A DNA stretch of 64,000 nucleotides from Takakia lepidozioides (lineage: Eukaryota > Plantae > Bryophyta): positions 29,326,001 through 29,390,000 of the forward strand of contig CM060733.1 in NCBI GenBank assembly GCA_030704615.1. The letters run 5' to 3'. Under the pieces are notes generated by a model, which had not been told where the DNA came from, ran no database searches, and worked only from the letters and a program-made list of their open reading frames with translations. The translations under genes were made by a program, and so were the position numbers. How positions within the stretch are numbered: position 1 is the first letter of the stretch; every line of letters starts with the position of its first letter. Shown piece by piece: positions 45,075 through 57,559 of the stretch.

Positions 45075-45455
45075 ATGCATGGCCCACATGCACTACATGC
45101 ATAGTATGTTACGATATGTATGTGTGGATGTGGACACCCTTAAACAATGTCTATAGAGACGGATGCAATGGTCCATATCCTTTTATGCAAATTTCAGAAA
45201 GGGGGTTTATTTGGTTATTTTCCCCCTCAAGGTCCAGTAGCTGGGGCTGATGTTTCCTTGGAAACCCAAAAATAAAACATAAAAATAAAAAATTAGGAAA
45301 AATATTCGTGTATGGTACAATGATCAGTACCATCATGTCATCTGGGATTCACATGATCACAACATGAAAGGATATGGACCATCTCTACATACAATGTCCA
45401 CACATACATACGTAGCATCCTATCATGGTGCATGTTGTGCATGTGGGCCCTGCAT
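45075..45455. mobile_element. Foldback/MITE-like element with long imperfect inverted arms
   Basis: Arm ~45075-45187 (GCATGGCCCACATGCAC...GGTCCATATCCTTT) is the reverse complement of arm ~45363-45455 (AAAGGATATGGACC...GTGCATGTGGGCCCTGC). Confidence 0.65.
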
Positions 45456-46540
45456 ATATACCGCCTGGAGACAATGCATGTGACGGGCAATGGGGGCATC
45501 CCCCGACGTGGCGCCCGATTGGCCCACGTGTCGCTCTGCCTGCGCTCTGTGCTGGAAGGTTGTAAGTAGCGGAGGGTGGTAAGTTACTGCAGGCGCTCCA
45601 CACTCAGTGCCGAAAGGTTTTAGCGGAAGGGCGAAAAAATACCATGGCGTTACGTGTCAGGAATTTCAGCTGGCAACGGACATTCCGGCCCGGAATGGGC
45701 TGTTCGTGGCAGGTTCCATGGCAGGTTCCGAGGGGTTTCCAACCCCCGTTCTAGGAAATAGAAGCCCCGGATTTTCTTAGGGTTGGGACCCGCCCAGCTT
45801 AGGAACTCTTAAAGTGAAGTGGGCGCTTTGTGTAAGGACCCCACTTGGGGCCACACCATCTTCAGCAGCCCTCAAGTTACTGCACCAAAAGGAAAGTTAC
45901 CCCTAATCACCCCATTGCGCTGCCATTGGCTGCTCCCATGTGCTCTTTGGATCTTTGAAAAATGTAATGGGACATGGGGTCGCATTATAGCTCCCACCCA
46001 ACGTTTCACAGGGTTGGCCCTTCGCGTGTCAAGAGAGTTTGCCATATTGCACCACGTGGCAAGGCTTCTGTGGCTATCGTAGCTCTGATAGCGACATCTG
46101 GGGCTACAAACCAAGTACGTTCGATAAAGGCCACCGGGCGGACCCGGCGAGTGGCGGGCGGCCATTATCTTATACTTAATAAGTTTCATTTTATTGCATG
46201 TTTTGTTTGGCTTGTGCTGGTTGTTTATCTTTTACAATGGGGTTGGGAACCAACAACCTCTCAGGTTGAGCTGCCCAAGATGGAGTATTCGAACTTTAAT
46301 GGAAGCCTGAAAGGTAAGTAACATGGGAACTTTCAAAGCCCCCCAAGCTCGAAGATATCTATTAGGGCCCCACTTCTAAACCAGAATTGAAGGTTCCCGC
46401 AGAACGACGCATGGTGATGAGCAGGAAAAAAAAACCCCGCGTGAGCAGAATCCACAATGATGGGGGTGATTTGTATGCAAGGAAAAATACATATAATAGA
46501 TGGACATAGGATGTTTATACGTTAATAGGGTCTACATGTA

Positions 46541-46640
46541 AGCGGTAAAGCCCTTGCCCTAGGACTTTCCTGGATTTGAGGCGCCTGTCCCCAGGGCACC
46601 GGTAAATCAAGGAAAGTCCAAGGGCGAGGGCTTTACCTCT
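46541..46640. mobile_element. Small hairpin MITE with TA flanks
   Basis: 34-bp arms GGTAAAGCCCTTGCCCTAGGACTTTCCTGGATTT and AAATCAAGGAAAGTCCAAGGGCGAGGGCTTTACC with 3 mismatches. TA lies on both sides. Confidence 0.6.
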
Positions 46641-47666
46641 TAAAAAAACGAAGCTGCCCGTTTTCGAGACTGCCTGTCTCTGCGTTGCCACTTGTCACGT
46701 CATTGTAGCTCACTGCCCAAGTTTGAAAATCGTCTGCCCAATATTAAGAATAATAGATCCATAAAATATGCCAGCCTGCCAGGGGACAGATTCCATAATC
46801 TGGGATTACACGTGCGAGGGGAAATTCCTGTCAGGGCAGCCCTAATTTTAACAAAGCCAAAAAATCTAAAGGTTTTTACAGTGTGTAAATATAATATTAA
46901 ACATATAGAAGGAGAAACCTTTTTTTTAAACTTATTTCAAGAAATAAAGTTAGGTCCGGGGTGGGTATAGTAAAATTTAGAGGAGGACGACGCGAGCTCC
47001 ACGCTTCGCGGTGAGAGGAGAGTCCAACGGTCTCTTCGTCTCTCTCCTCCGGCCAGGCGACTCAACGATCTACAGACTGATTTTCAGGAGCGAAGAAGGT
47101 CTTGTGTATTTGAGGTTGCATTCAGTAGGAAGTCTTTTTCTTCTCCCATTTGATTTGATACCTTTTTAAGTGAAAGGGGTTCATTCCAAAGGCTTTTTCG
47201 TTATCATCACTCATACTTCATCTCTTCCTATCTTCATCCCAGACAAGCTTATAACCTCATTATATCCTACGCTAGCGCCCCAACTAAGTTGTCACCCTCC
47301 CGCGCGCTCGAACCAAGTCCTCAACCTTTACGCAGTATCATCGCCAGTTCTAAGTTCTAAGTTCGAAGCTCTAATTTTCAGTATCATCTCTAGTTCTCTC
47401 ACAACTTTAGCTAATCAGTCCTCGCTATAGTTCGCATCAGGTTTCTAGTAGTCAACTCCTTTCACTTCTCTCTCACTGTTCTCTCTCTGTAACCAGCTTG
47501 CAATTTTCATCTATTTCCCAGCCCCGTCTCCCTTCTATTCCTTTCTCTCGCTCGATAGAAGCTCTCAGTCGCATAGTTCTAAGTTATAGTCTCATCTGTA
47601 GTTCAGTCGTTGTCCGAGCGAACCCAAGTTTTTATCCTAGCTCGAAATCCTTTCTATCCCAGCGCC

Positions 47667-49158
47667 ATGGCTCCCACAAACTCGCAGTTCGGGTCCAGAG
47701 ATCGTGGCTATGGTAGAGGGAGGAGGCAGCCTCGGGCAAACCCAGTTGCGGGGGAACGGCTCCGATGGGATGAGGGGATCGACGGCGGGGGGAGCGCCAC
47801 GTGGCGGTGGGCGACCCAGGGCCCACCCATCCTCAGGGACGGGCTTCTTCTAGGCACACCAGGCCCAATCGCAAGGTAACTTCAATCACAGGGCCACGCA
47901 GGTCTGGCAGCCTAGAGGACCCCCCAGGCAGATCCCTACACCAACTATGGCCCACAGGCAGGGACCTGGAACGTACTGGAATCACAACCATCATCTTCTG
48001 AACTCCCCTCCCTTCAACGAGCTGGCACATATGCAGATTCAAGGTTCGACACTATGCCAAGCTGAAGTAGAGCAGCCACAGAGCCCCCATCACCTCTCAG
48101 ACCAGATGATGGATCTTCACATAACTCAAGAAGCCCTCCAGAGGGAGTGTCCTCTGATCTCCATGGACATGGAAGACCTTGAGACCAGAGTCACAGACAT
48201 GGAAAAATTCGGAATTCTGGTACATTTCCCAGGAAGGAAGGTGAAAAGAGCAGCCGTAAGAGATTGGGCAATCAGATATATGGGGGGCTCAGGGGAACTG
48301 AAACATCAATTTTGTCATGCTAAAGGTAGGGGTTTCTTTTCCATAGTTTTTGAAACTGAGGAAGCAGCATCACAGGCCCTCTTCTTTAATCCGCATGCAC
48401 ATGGGTTTAATATTAACATCTTTCCATGGTCCTCGAAAATGGGGCACAAAAATGGAATGCTCTGGGGACCTAGAATTGTGTCCTTACCCTTCATCCCAGA
48501 TCAATATCTTATGAACCTGCCTGACATAGCAAACCATTTTGGATCGTATCTGGGATGCATAGGGGTACTGTTTGACCCACTCATGAGCACCAACCTCATC
48601 AGACAGAATGCAGCATGGAAATCAGCAACTATTGCATCCAGAATAAATGACACAGGGCAGGCAAAAATGGTCTTATTAATTCCTGATGAAGACACCCTTC
48701 CGGATTTTGTGCGTCTACCAATAGACAGAGAGGGAAACTACTTCACCACGAGGCTGATTGAAGATACAGCTTACTCTACATGCTTCAATTGCGACATGCA
48801 AGGTCATATCAAGGCAAACTGCATGCAGGGGAAAAGAAAAAGGGTAGTAAAACTGAGCAGGGCTGAGGCCTCCCACCCCATTGAAGGAGGAGAATCACCA
48901 GTCAGTACCTCCCCAGGGATGGAGAGGCCTATCCAGAAACCAAGAACAGCTGAAGCTAACCCAGAACTGGTGGAGGATGTCCAGCTCAACCCACAGCACA
49001 GGCAAATGTTGTCTAGAGGGGAAGCAAAGGACCCTATGATCCTGGAATCACGCAACTACAAGCTGACACAAGGTAATCTGCACAGCAAGCAAAAATCGCA
49101 GGAAAATCCCTCCTCCTTTGGCAATTGTAACAGAGTTCTTAAACCCTATCTGGTCTAG
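47667..49158 (+). mobile_element. LINE (L1-type) ORF1, DUF4283-like region plus zinc knuckle; ORF2 not present
   Basis: GRGFFSIVFETEEAASQAL..P...INIFPWS, SLPFIP..Y and the CCHC knuckle CFNCDMQGHIKANC. The N-terminus is RG-rich and frameshifted. Confidence 0.72.
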
Positions 49159-49666
49159 GGAGAGTCGAGTCAATTTGTGATCACAAGCATAGCAAGTAAT
49201 CCGGTGCTGGCAAGGATATGCCTGGGCTCTGTTCATTCCCCCAACTGGCCCTGGTAGGTTGCTCACAAATCGATACTGATAGCGACCCCAAGGCCACATG
49301 TGTCACGCCATTGGTCTTCAGGAAGGGACACCCCCCTCCCTTCCTCATCACCTCTGGGTATGTGGAATGCCTGGAATCTCTCTGGGTCACCTCTGCGGAC
49401 ATTAGGCACTTCATCCAAACTTGCGGCACAAAAAGTAATGCATCCCTCATTATTAAGAAGAAAATCTACGTTTTTTTCTCGAGTCACCTGAAACACTACT
49501 TCCTAAACAGCCTGACCATGGAAGAGGCAGAGGTTTACAATACCCCAACCCCCAACGATACGCTATGGATCAATGAATCCATAAATGTCACGGGAGTGGG
49601 AAAGGGGGGCAGAACAAGGGACTCACTGAGAAATGCATTCTTACTACTAGAAACAAGAATGGACAA

Positions 49667-50423
49667 GTGAATGGGGGCGAGACAGGATCATGGAGTGCAA
49701 ACACCCATGGCAGATGTGGGATGAGATGCGGAAAGAGAGAGTCATTGGATCTCTCAAGGAGCAATATGAGGAGTGGGGAGAGCCATTCACGGAGGATCAG
49801 TTGGAGGCCAAGGTGGCCAAGGCTCTTGAAGAGGTTGAGGATGTTTCTTTTGTGGAGGATGTTCTCAAGGTGGCTATGGCGGAGCAAGTGGAGGCTACGC
49901 CACAGTCAGGGTGGGCGGACAAGGCCCAAGAGGTTGTTATCTAGCAATCAAAGGATGCATCTCCTACCTCCAAGCCTGGTGTACCTAAGGTTGCAGTCAC
50001 TCAGGACAATTGGGAATTAGATGTTGGACCTACAGCCACCGGAGGAGAGAGACGGAGGATCCAAAGATTTCTAAGGGCTTCTAGAAATTGTTTTGCCTTT
50101 AGTTTGAAGGATTTAGGGAGTTTGAAGGGCCAGGAGATTCGTATTGATTTGGCAAGTGACACGCCAATTTTTCGAAGGCCCTACAGGTATAGTGACATGG
50201 AGAGGTCATTGATCCAGTTACGGACTATGGAGTTGTTCGAAGCTGGATTGGTGGAGTTGTCAGGCGGGAAGTATGCCTCGGCAACGGTGATGCCAGTTAA
50301 GAAGGATATCTATGGCAATTGGACAGAAAGAAGGATATGTGGGGACTATCGTCCTGTGAACCGTCAGACTAAGTCTGATAAATATGTCATGCCAACTCCA
50401 GAAGAAATCTTTGATGCCATTGG
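49667..50423 (+). mobile_element. Ty3/Gypsy pol fragment (post-DNMT linker plus RT N-terminus), same family as the DNMT-bearing element
   Basis: LKDLGSLKGQEIRIDLASDTPIFRRPYRYSDMERSLIQ...CGDYRPVNRQTKSDKYVMPTPEEIFDAIG is nearly the same as 62107-61790(-). CKHPWQMW matches CRHPWHTW, which follows the DNMT. Confidence 0.88.
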
Positions 50424-51890
50424 GCGCCTCTGTAAGGCCCAAGCCTGCAATTGCTGCTCTCCCCAACATCAATGGCTATACTTTCGAGTCCAACAAGACC
50501 CGCAATGGCCTATACCTCCTCCCGGTTGGGCCACCCAACTGAAACACTTCATCTTGATTGTCCACCAGGTCTACTCCAGGAGTCATCATGTTGTGCTCAA
50601 TGGCTGGTCTAGCTGGCAACTCCTACAACCTTGCAGCTGCCGCTTGCCATGGCGCAGCTGTGGCTGACTTCACCCCCGAATCCAAAGCATCCATAGACTG
50701 TATTATCTGATATCTCCGCAGAAGTGTCGATGCATCACCACTCTCATAGAGTCTAGCTGCTGGTCTGAACACAGCAGCTGGCCGAATCCCTGGCATTGCA
50801 ATGGCCATTGCAGAAAACAATGGAGCTTGGCAAACAGCCGTAGCCGCCCCCAACAATGTACTGGCTGCACATTGCTTTGCAGCACCACCCACTGGCATTT
50901 CCCGAGCCACACCTGCTCTCCCCAATGATACTCGTGGCTCTACCTCTGACACACTAGGGCAAGCGGGTGCCATCGATGGCGTAGTTGGCACTGTCTCAGC
51001 CAATGTAAATGACTGTGGAAGCCTTGTCTGACGACTTGCTTCCCCCCTTTGTGGATCAAAAACCACATCTGCTCCTCTTGGCTCAGGAGCTTGCGTTGCT
51101 GCTCAAGTGACAGCAGCAGCAGAGTCCAATACATGCAATGGCCCTACAAGTGCGGCTTCACACATGAAGCCCATACCAATCTGGTCTTCCCTAGGCATAG
51201 GAGGTTGTGTAGGTGGGGCTTGAACCTCAGGCCTTGGAGTTGGCGCAACATAAGTAGTGGCCATGGCAGCAAGACGTTGCTCTAGCTGGGCAAGTCTATC
51301 CACCATGCCTTGGTCATGACCTTGACCCTGACCTTGTGCTCCTTGGTTTTGGTTACGACCTCCACCACGACCTCTACCTCCTCTACCTCTCTGGACTACA
51401 TTGCCTCGTCCTCGGCCACCATTGTTCCCTTGGAACTGGCCTAGCCGTAGCTCAAGATGCAAGTCATAACAACGGGCCTCCTCATGCCCATACTTTCCAC
51501 AATGCCCACAGTGTAGTTGTGTAGGCTGTGCCAGTGCCGGCTCTTTGCCTCTCTCCGGGCAATCCTTCTTGACATGGGGTCCTCCACAATCCCAACAAGT
51601 CACACCCGACTGTTGTTGGCCTGAGAATGAAGGAAGAGACCTCTACATCTGAGATGTCCTTCCCTGGGCTTCGCCCAAGCCCCCTTGTTGCCTTGAGCAC
51701 GTTGGGGAGTTGGTTATTGTTGGCTAGGAACTCCACTTCGTTGTGTCTCCTTGCCAAACCCCACCATAACCACTTGCTCCTCCACCATATTGAGCTATAT
51801 CCGCTCTGCTAGCAAAAACACATTTGCTAGGGTGGGTTGGGCCACTTGATTCTTGTCCAAGATGTCGCGCACCTCACTTCGGTAAGCTCC
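50424..51890 (-). mobile_element. Ty3/Gypsy gag (two CCHC zinc knuckles) plus protease N-terminus, degenerate
   Basis: CWDCGGPHVKKDC and CGHCGKYGHEEARC knuckles with an RGG-rich tract. Protease-like RVLLDS..PLMLGRA at about 50460-50505. Confidence 0.8.
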
Positions 51891-52913
51891 TCTTCAAGCC
51901 ATAGTTACTCGCTTTGATGCGCGCGCCTAACTCCCAAACTAGCCGCCGGGCCAACTCAGAGCTTCGGCTGCTCACCGGGACATAACGGTCCCCCTTTGCT
52001 CCCCCACAAGACCCTCTCTTAATTTGGGCCTAGTGGAAATTCCCTTTGGTCGTTGGCAGTCCAGAACAGCTCCCCACACCTTGGTCGTTTTCCGGCTCGC
52101 ACGCTTACTCACTAGTTTTTGGTCACCAACGGACTTGCACCGTTCTCGGGGTTACTACTCCCCTATATATACTTCTATGACTGTCCGCGGGGGTTTCACA
52201 AACAACCATGCCATTTTATAGCGAACCACCACGAAAACCCTCGATTCCCGGTGATGAGTCGTGGTGAGTCTTGGCCCACCCACCACGACCCCATTGGACC
52301 GTGATGAGTCCCAAGACTCCCCACGACTCCCACCACAAGGTCTCCACCCCATGGTGAGTCCTATGCCACCTCCACTAAGACCCACTAAGCTACCACCACC
52401 CCTCGTGGAACCACCCCCACCGCAACCCAGTGTACGGGGCTCCACCTAGTGAGTGCCTCCGCCTCCTTGAGTGTCTTGGGCACTCAAGGGTGCTTCAGCC
52501 CCCCGCATCTATTGTTGCCACTGCCCCCACCACAGGGGCAGCCCCTCTTGTATCCCGACCCCCCTGCCCTCAAGGCAAAGGGCCGCGACACACACCCTTA
52601 CCAACAGGGAGTCGATGTCCTCATCGACTTGTCCATTTTGTAGAAACGAACATCCAAGTTGTGGCGTCCCACATCAAGGAGTTTGTTTCCGCACCATGGC
52701 GTCGCATGGCAAAGAACCAAACCCCCACTTGACTTTACTCTCCACTAGCTAGTTCGGCCAACTTCCTCCAAATCTTGGCGAAGGGTGGAGCCTCTTGAGC
52801 TCCTCCCAGTGCACTCTTCTTGGCCCACTTCAGGGCCAAGGAACGATCATCCCCGAGGATCGAATCGCCTTACTGCAACAACATTTGCTTGCGACCGCTC
52901 ATGATGCCGCTTT

Positions 52914-53391
52914 TGGCATCACCTTGAGCAAGGGTTCACCTTGAACCCTTTTTTACTAGGAAGATAACCTTGAACCAACCATGCGCCCCAATCACTACAA
53001 TTGGGTCCGCCTTGGAATGTTGGCCTGAGGTACGGGAACACGCCGAAGCCGCACACTACAAGGCAACCCCCTCGGTAGCGCAGTTATAGTACGCGCATGT
53101 GCCAGGTGCGCACTAGCACGTGAACTCCCAACGAAAGTACAAGTTTCCTTGCCCCTTGGATGGGAGTCACCCGATTTCGGCACTACGTAAACACACGATT
53201 AATCCAATTTACCTCTCCTACTTTTGTAAGCTAGCATACATTCTACACACTAGCCAACCATACCATGCATCACATTTCCAAACAAAATAGGATGCACAAC
53301 ATTTGGAAACCATTTCATTTATAACGAAATTTGTACAATACAAGTTTTTGCAATCAGATTCCTAAGCTAGCTAAGCCGGGCTAAGCATGCA
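52914..53391 (-). mobile_element. Probable 3' LTR of the chromovirus at 53426-56710
   Basis: Minus-strand PPT GGGGGAGGAAA (53392-53402) is followed by TG. The putative end ...GATGCCA lies at 52914. Boundaries are approximate. Confidence 0.55.
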
Positions 53392-53425
53392 TTTCCTCCC
53401 CCATGATCCAAGGTTGATGTCCCCA

Positions 53426-56400
53426 TCAACGCTTCTTCCACTTTTGAGGTCGCCCTTCGAAAGCTGCAACCGCCTCGGATGCGTTTCCCATTTCTGAGGC
53501 ACGCACCCAAGATGCCTCAACATGATGATAGCCCTTCCATTTCATGAGATACTCCGTTTCTCGATTCTTGAACCTCCTCGACTTAAGCACTGCCTCCACC
53601 TCGTACTCAGGTTCGTTTTCATGATCCAATAGCACAGGTGGCGGACGCAACACTTGATGCCGATTCGGACGCGCTTCATCTTTGAAGTAAGGCTTCAAAA
53701 GGGAGACGTGGAATACCAGATGCACCTTGCTGTTTGCCGGCAGCTCCAATTCATACACATCCTCATTCATAACCTTCCGGATGCGAAAGGGTCATGCATA
53801 CGGAGGTACGAACTTCGGACTCACTTCCGGAGATAGTTGGAAATTCTTGATGTTCAACCAGACCTCCGTGCCTGCCTCAAACTTAACTTCCCTCCACTTC
53901 CGATTCGCATGTCATTCATACCGTTTCCTAGTTTTGGCAATGTTGTACTTTGCAAGCTTCAACAAACGTTCGCGTTCTTCCAACACCGTTGCTGCTGCCG
54001 GTTCCTCAACGTCTTGGGCGGCCCAACTTGTCGGCACCAGAGGTGCTTTTCCATAGACCAATACGAAAAGAAAAATTCCCGTTGCGGAGTGTTTTGTGTT
54101 ATTATAACAGAACTCTGTCGCGTCCAAGTGCTCCACCCAGTCCGATTGGTCTGTCGACACGTAATTCCATAAGATCTGCTTCACCACGGAATTCACCCTT
54201 TCCGTTTGGCCGTCTGTTGTAGGTCGGAAGGCAGTGCTCATCTTGAGCCTCGTCCCCATTTTCTTCCAGAGTGCCCTCCAAAATTTACTTGTAAACTTTG
54301 GATCGCGGTTCGAGACAATATCCTTCGGGAGTCCATGATGCTTGAAGACGTGGGCGAAGTAAAGTCGCCCCGTCTCCTGTGCCGTTGCCGTCTCCTTGGT
54401 GGGAATGAAATGGCCCATTTTACTGGACCTATCCACCACCACCATGATTGCATCGAATCCTTTTGACAGCGGCATAGCACTCATGAAATTTTCCCAAGAC
54501 CCCTCTGGAATCGGCAAGGGTTGTAACAGCCCCGCTTGCTTTTTATACTCGCTTCGGTTTTGTTGGCATGTGGTGCATGTCTTGACATACTCCTCGGCCT
54601 CCTCCCTCAGCTTGGGCCAGAAATACTCTTTCTTCAGGAGTGCCGCGGTGTGCTTGGCTCCACCGTGGCCCGCAAGCGGGCCATCATGGCATTCTCTCAA
54701 GAGGCTATCTCTGACCTTTCCCTTCGACACATAGAGATGCTTTTGCGTGTACCGGAGCAGTCCATTTTGCAAGTGGAACTGCGATTTAGCCCCCATCCTC
54801 GAGTCCCGCATCACAGGCTTCGCCATCTCATCCTTCCGGTAAGCCTTCCGGATCTTCCTTTGGAGCGTCGTCTCGCCCCTGTACACCAACATGAGCTGTT
54901 GCTTTCTACTTAAAGCATCGGCCACCACCTTGTCCCGTCCCGGTTTGTACTGGATATCCACGTCGAACACCGCTAAAATGTCTTGCCACCTAAGTTGTTT
55001 TGGGGACAACTTAGGCTGCATGGCAAAATACTTCACCGTGACATTGTCCATGAACACCTTCACCGGGTTGGAACCAACATAGTGGCGCCAAAGCTCAAGG
55101 CAATGCACCACCGCCTTCATTTCTTTTTTGTGCATAGGCCACCGTCACTCCACTTCATTCAGTTTCTTACTTTTGTAAGCCACTGGACATCCAGCTTGCA
55201 TGAGTACACCCCCAATCGCGAAGTCCGACGCATCTGTATGAATCTCAAATGGACGGTCGAACTCCGGGATTTTCAAGACTGGAGCTTCCGCCATCCGCTG
55301 CTTCAACTCGGCAAAAGCTTGGCCACAAAAGGTGTTTCATACCCATACTTTGGATTTACACAGAAGGTGTAACAGCGACCCCGCGATCTTGGCGACATTT
55401 CTCACATACTTTCGGTAATAGTAGGCGAGTCCTAGGAAGGATCGCACTCCCGGGACCGAAGTCGGAGACTCCCAGTCCAAGATCGCCCTCACATTTCTGT
55501 AATCCATTTTGATCCCATCCTGTGTAATCACATGCCCTAGGAACTCCACTTTTGTGACCCCGAATTCGCACTTTGAAGCTTTGGCATACGGCTTCCCTTC
55601 CCGCAATTTCTAGAACACCCTTTTGAGGTGCTCCAGATGCTCTTCCTTTGTTTTTGAGTACACCAAGATGTCGTCGATGTACACGATCACAAAGTCATCC
55701 AACCATTCTTGGAAAAGGCTGTTCATTAGCGTGCTAAAGGTCGCGGGTGCGTTGGTGAGCCCAAAAGGCATCACCAATAACTCATATGAACCATATCTTG
55801 TCATGCACGCGGTCTTCTCCTCATCTCTTTCTGCCACTCGGATTTGATGACCACTAGCCGGAGCGCAAATCAATCCGGCTGAAATACTTCGCTCCTGCTA
55901 ACCGATCGAAGAGGTCGTCGATCCTGGGCAAATGGTACCGGTTCTTGATAGTCATCTTATTCAGAGCCCTGTAATCGACACACATCCGCAGCGTCCCATC
56001 CTTCTTGTCTGCGAATAGCACCGGGGCTCCGTAAGGTGACTTACTCGGCCGGATGTACCCCTTTGACATTATATCCTTGAGCTGAGTCTTCAGCTCGATC
56101 ATCTCTCTGTGGCTCAACCGGTAGGGCGCCTTGGCAGGCGGCTCCGATCTCGGTATCATCTCAATGATCTTGTGGTCAACTCCTCTTTGCGGTGGCAAGC
56201 CGCTTGGTAAATCCTCTGGCATCACATCTTGGTATTTCTCCAAGATCCCCTTGATCCAATCTGGGCTCGGCTCCCTATCGCCTTCTCCCTCCACTTGTCT
56301 TACGTAAAGCAAGAACTGGGGCTCATGTGACTCCTCCACGGCCCACTCTTTTGCTGACATCAGGTTTATTCGCCCTCCCACTGGGTTGGGCGTTTCCGAC

Positions 56401-56710
56401 ACTCGTAAAACTTCGCCACCATTCCCACACGGTAGCGTGACTACTCTCTTGCGGCCATCTATGACCGCTCCGGATTTGCTCAAAAATGTCATCGCCAAAA
56501 TGAGATCCACTCCATCGATCTCGCAAATGGTGAAGTTCTCACGTCCCTCCCAACTCCCCAGCTGAAGAGGAACATCAAACGCCAACCTCGTCGCCAATTG
56601 TGGTTCTCCTTTGGCAGAACGCACCTCAATAGAGGACCCCACATCATTTGTCAGGAGCCCCACCTTCCGTGTCGTTGCCGGTGTCATGAAGGAGTGCGAC
56701 GCTGCTAGGA
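53426..56710 (-). mobile_element. Ty3/Gypsy chromovirus pol (PR-RT-RNaseH-IN-chromodomain), degenerate
   Basis: PR region (ASHSFM...DLILAMTFL), RT ([33 protein letters not shown]), RNase H (TDASDFAIGGVL), IN (CHDGPLAGH..CTTCQ, DGQTER), and chromodomain EYEVEAVL..EYLMKWKGY..ASW. Several stops and frameshifts. Confidence 0.93.
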
Positions 56711-57559
56711 CCATTGCAGAGATCTGGGAAGATGGCTGAGATCTGGGCTGCATCGGTAATACCAACGGAGCATGAAGCACTTATCGTAAAGCCGAATGTG
56801 TATGGCCTGAGCGGAAAACACGGGTGTTTGAGCAGTTATCACAGCCCACCACAGCATCACACAGCCTATCACAGCCCACCATAGTGTCACACAGGATGGT
56901 GTCTGATGGGGGTATGTGCCATTCGATTCCGCAACCTCCGTCGTTACCTAGCACGACAATGGTCTCGTCAACCTGTCCAGGAACATCCTTCCTTTCTTCT
57001 TCCAAATAAACTGTGCCCGGTTTGAGCTTGAATTTGGAACAAAGGTAAGTTTCAGTCACTCTGCAAAGTCCTCCCTCGTTTGGGATCCAGGCTCTCCCAA
57101 GTTGCGGAGGACAGCAAACTATAGCGTAGGAATTCGGAGCCATCGAAGACCGCACGAAGTTGGCAAGTGCGAGGTTCAGTATAGCGACAGACCAAGGCTC
57201 ACAGGCACCATGCGGAGTCCATCGACGATTGGAAGTCGCACATTGAAGTGGAAAGTATTGTTTCAAGCTACATGCATGAAGGTGGGAGGTGTGATTCCAT
57301 AGCCAGTAAGTTAGACAATGATGGCCGATTCGGCGACGAAATAACATCTCCTGACAGTTTCTCCTGAGGGTGGATCCAGCAGTATTCTCGGTGCAAACAG
57401 GAACGTTCGCACTGACAAGTGCCAGTACTGTTAGTTAAAACGGTCAGACAACCAAGTTGTGCTCATCAAGATTGGCCGCAATTGTGTTGTTTCGGAACAA
57501 TGCAACCCATTCAGGTTCCAGATTTCCCGTCCCGAGTGATTCTTTCGATTGCTGGTGGA

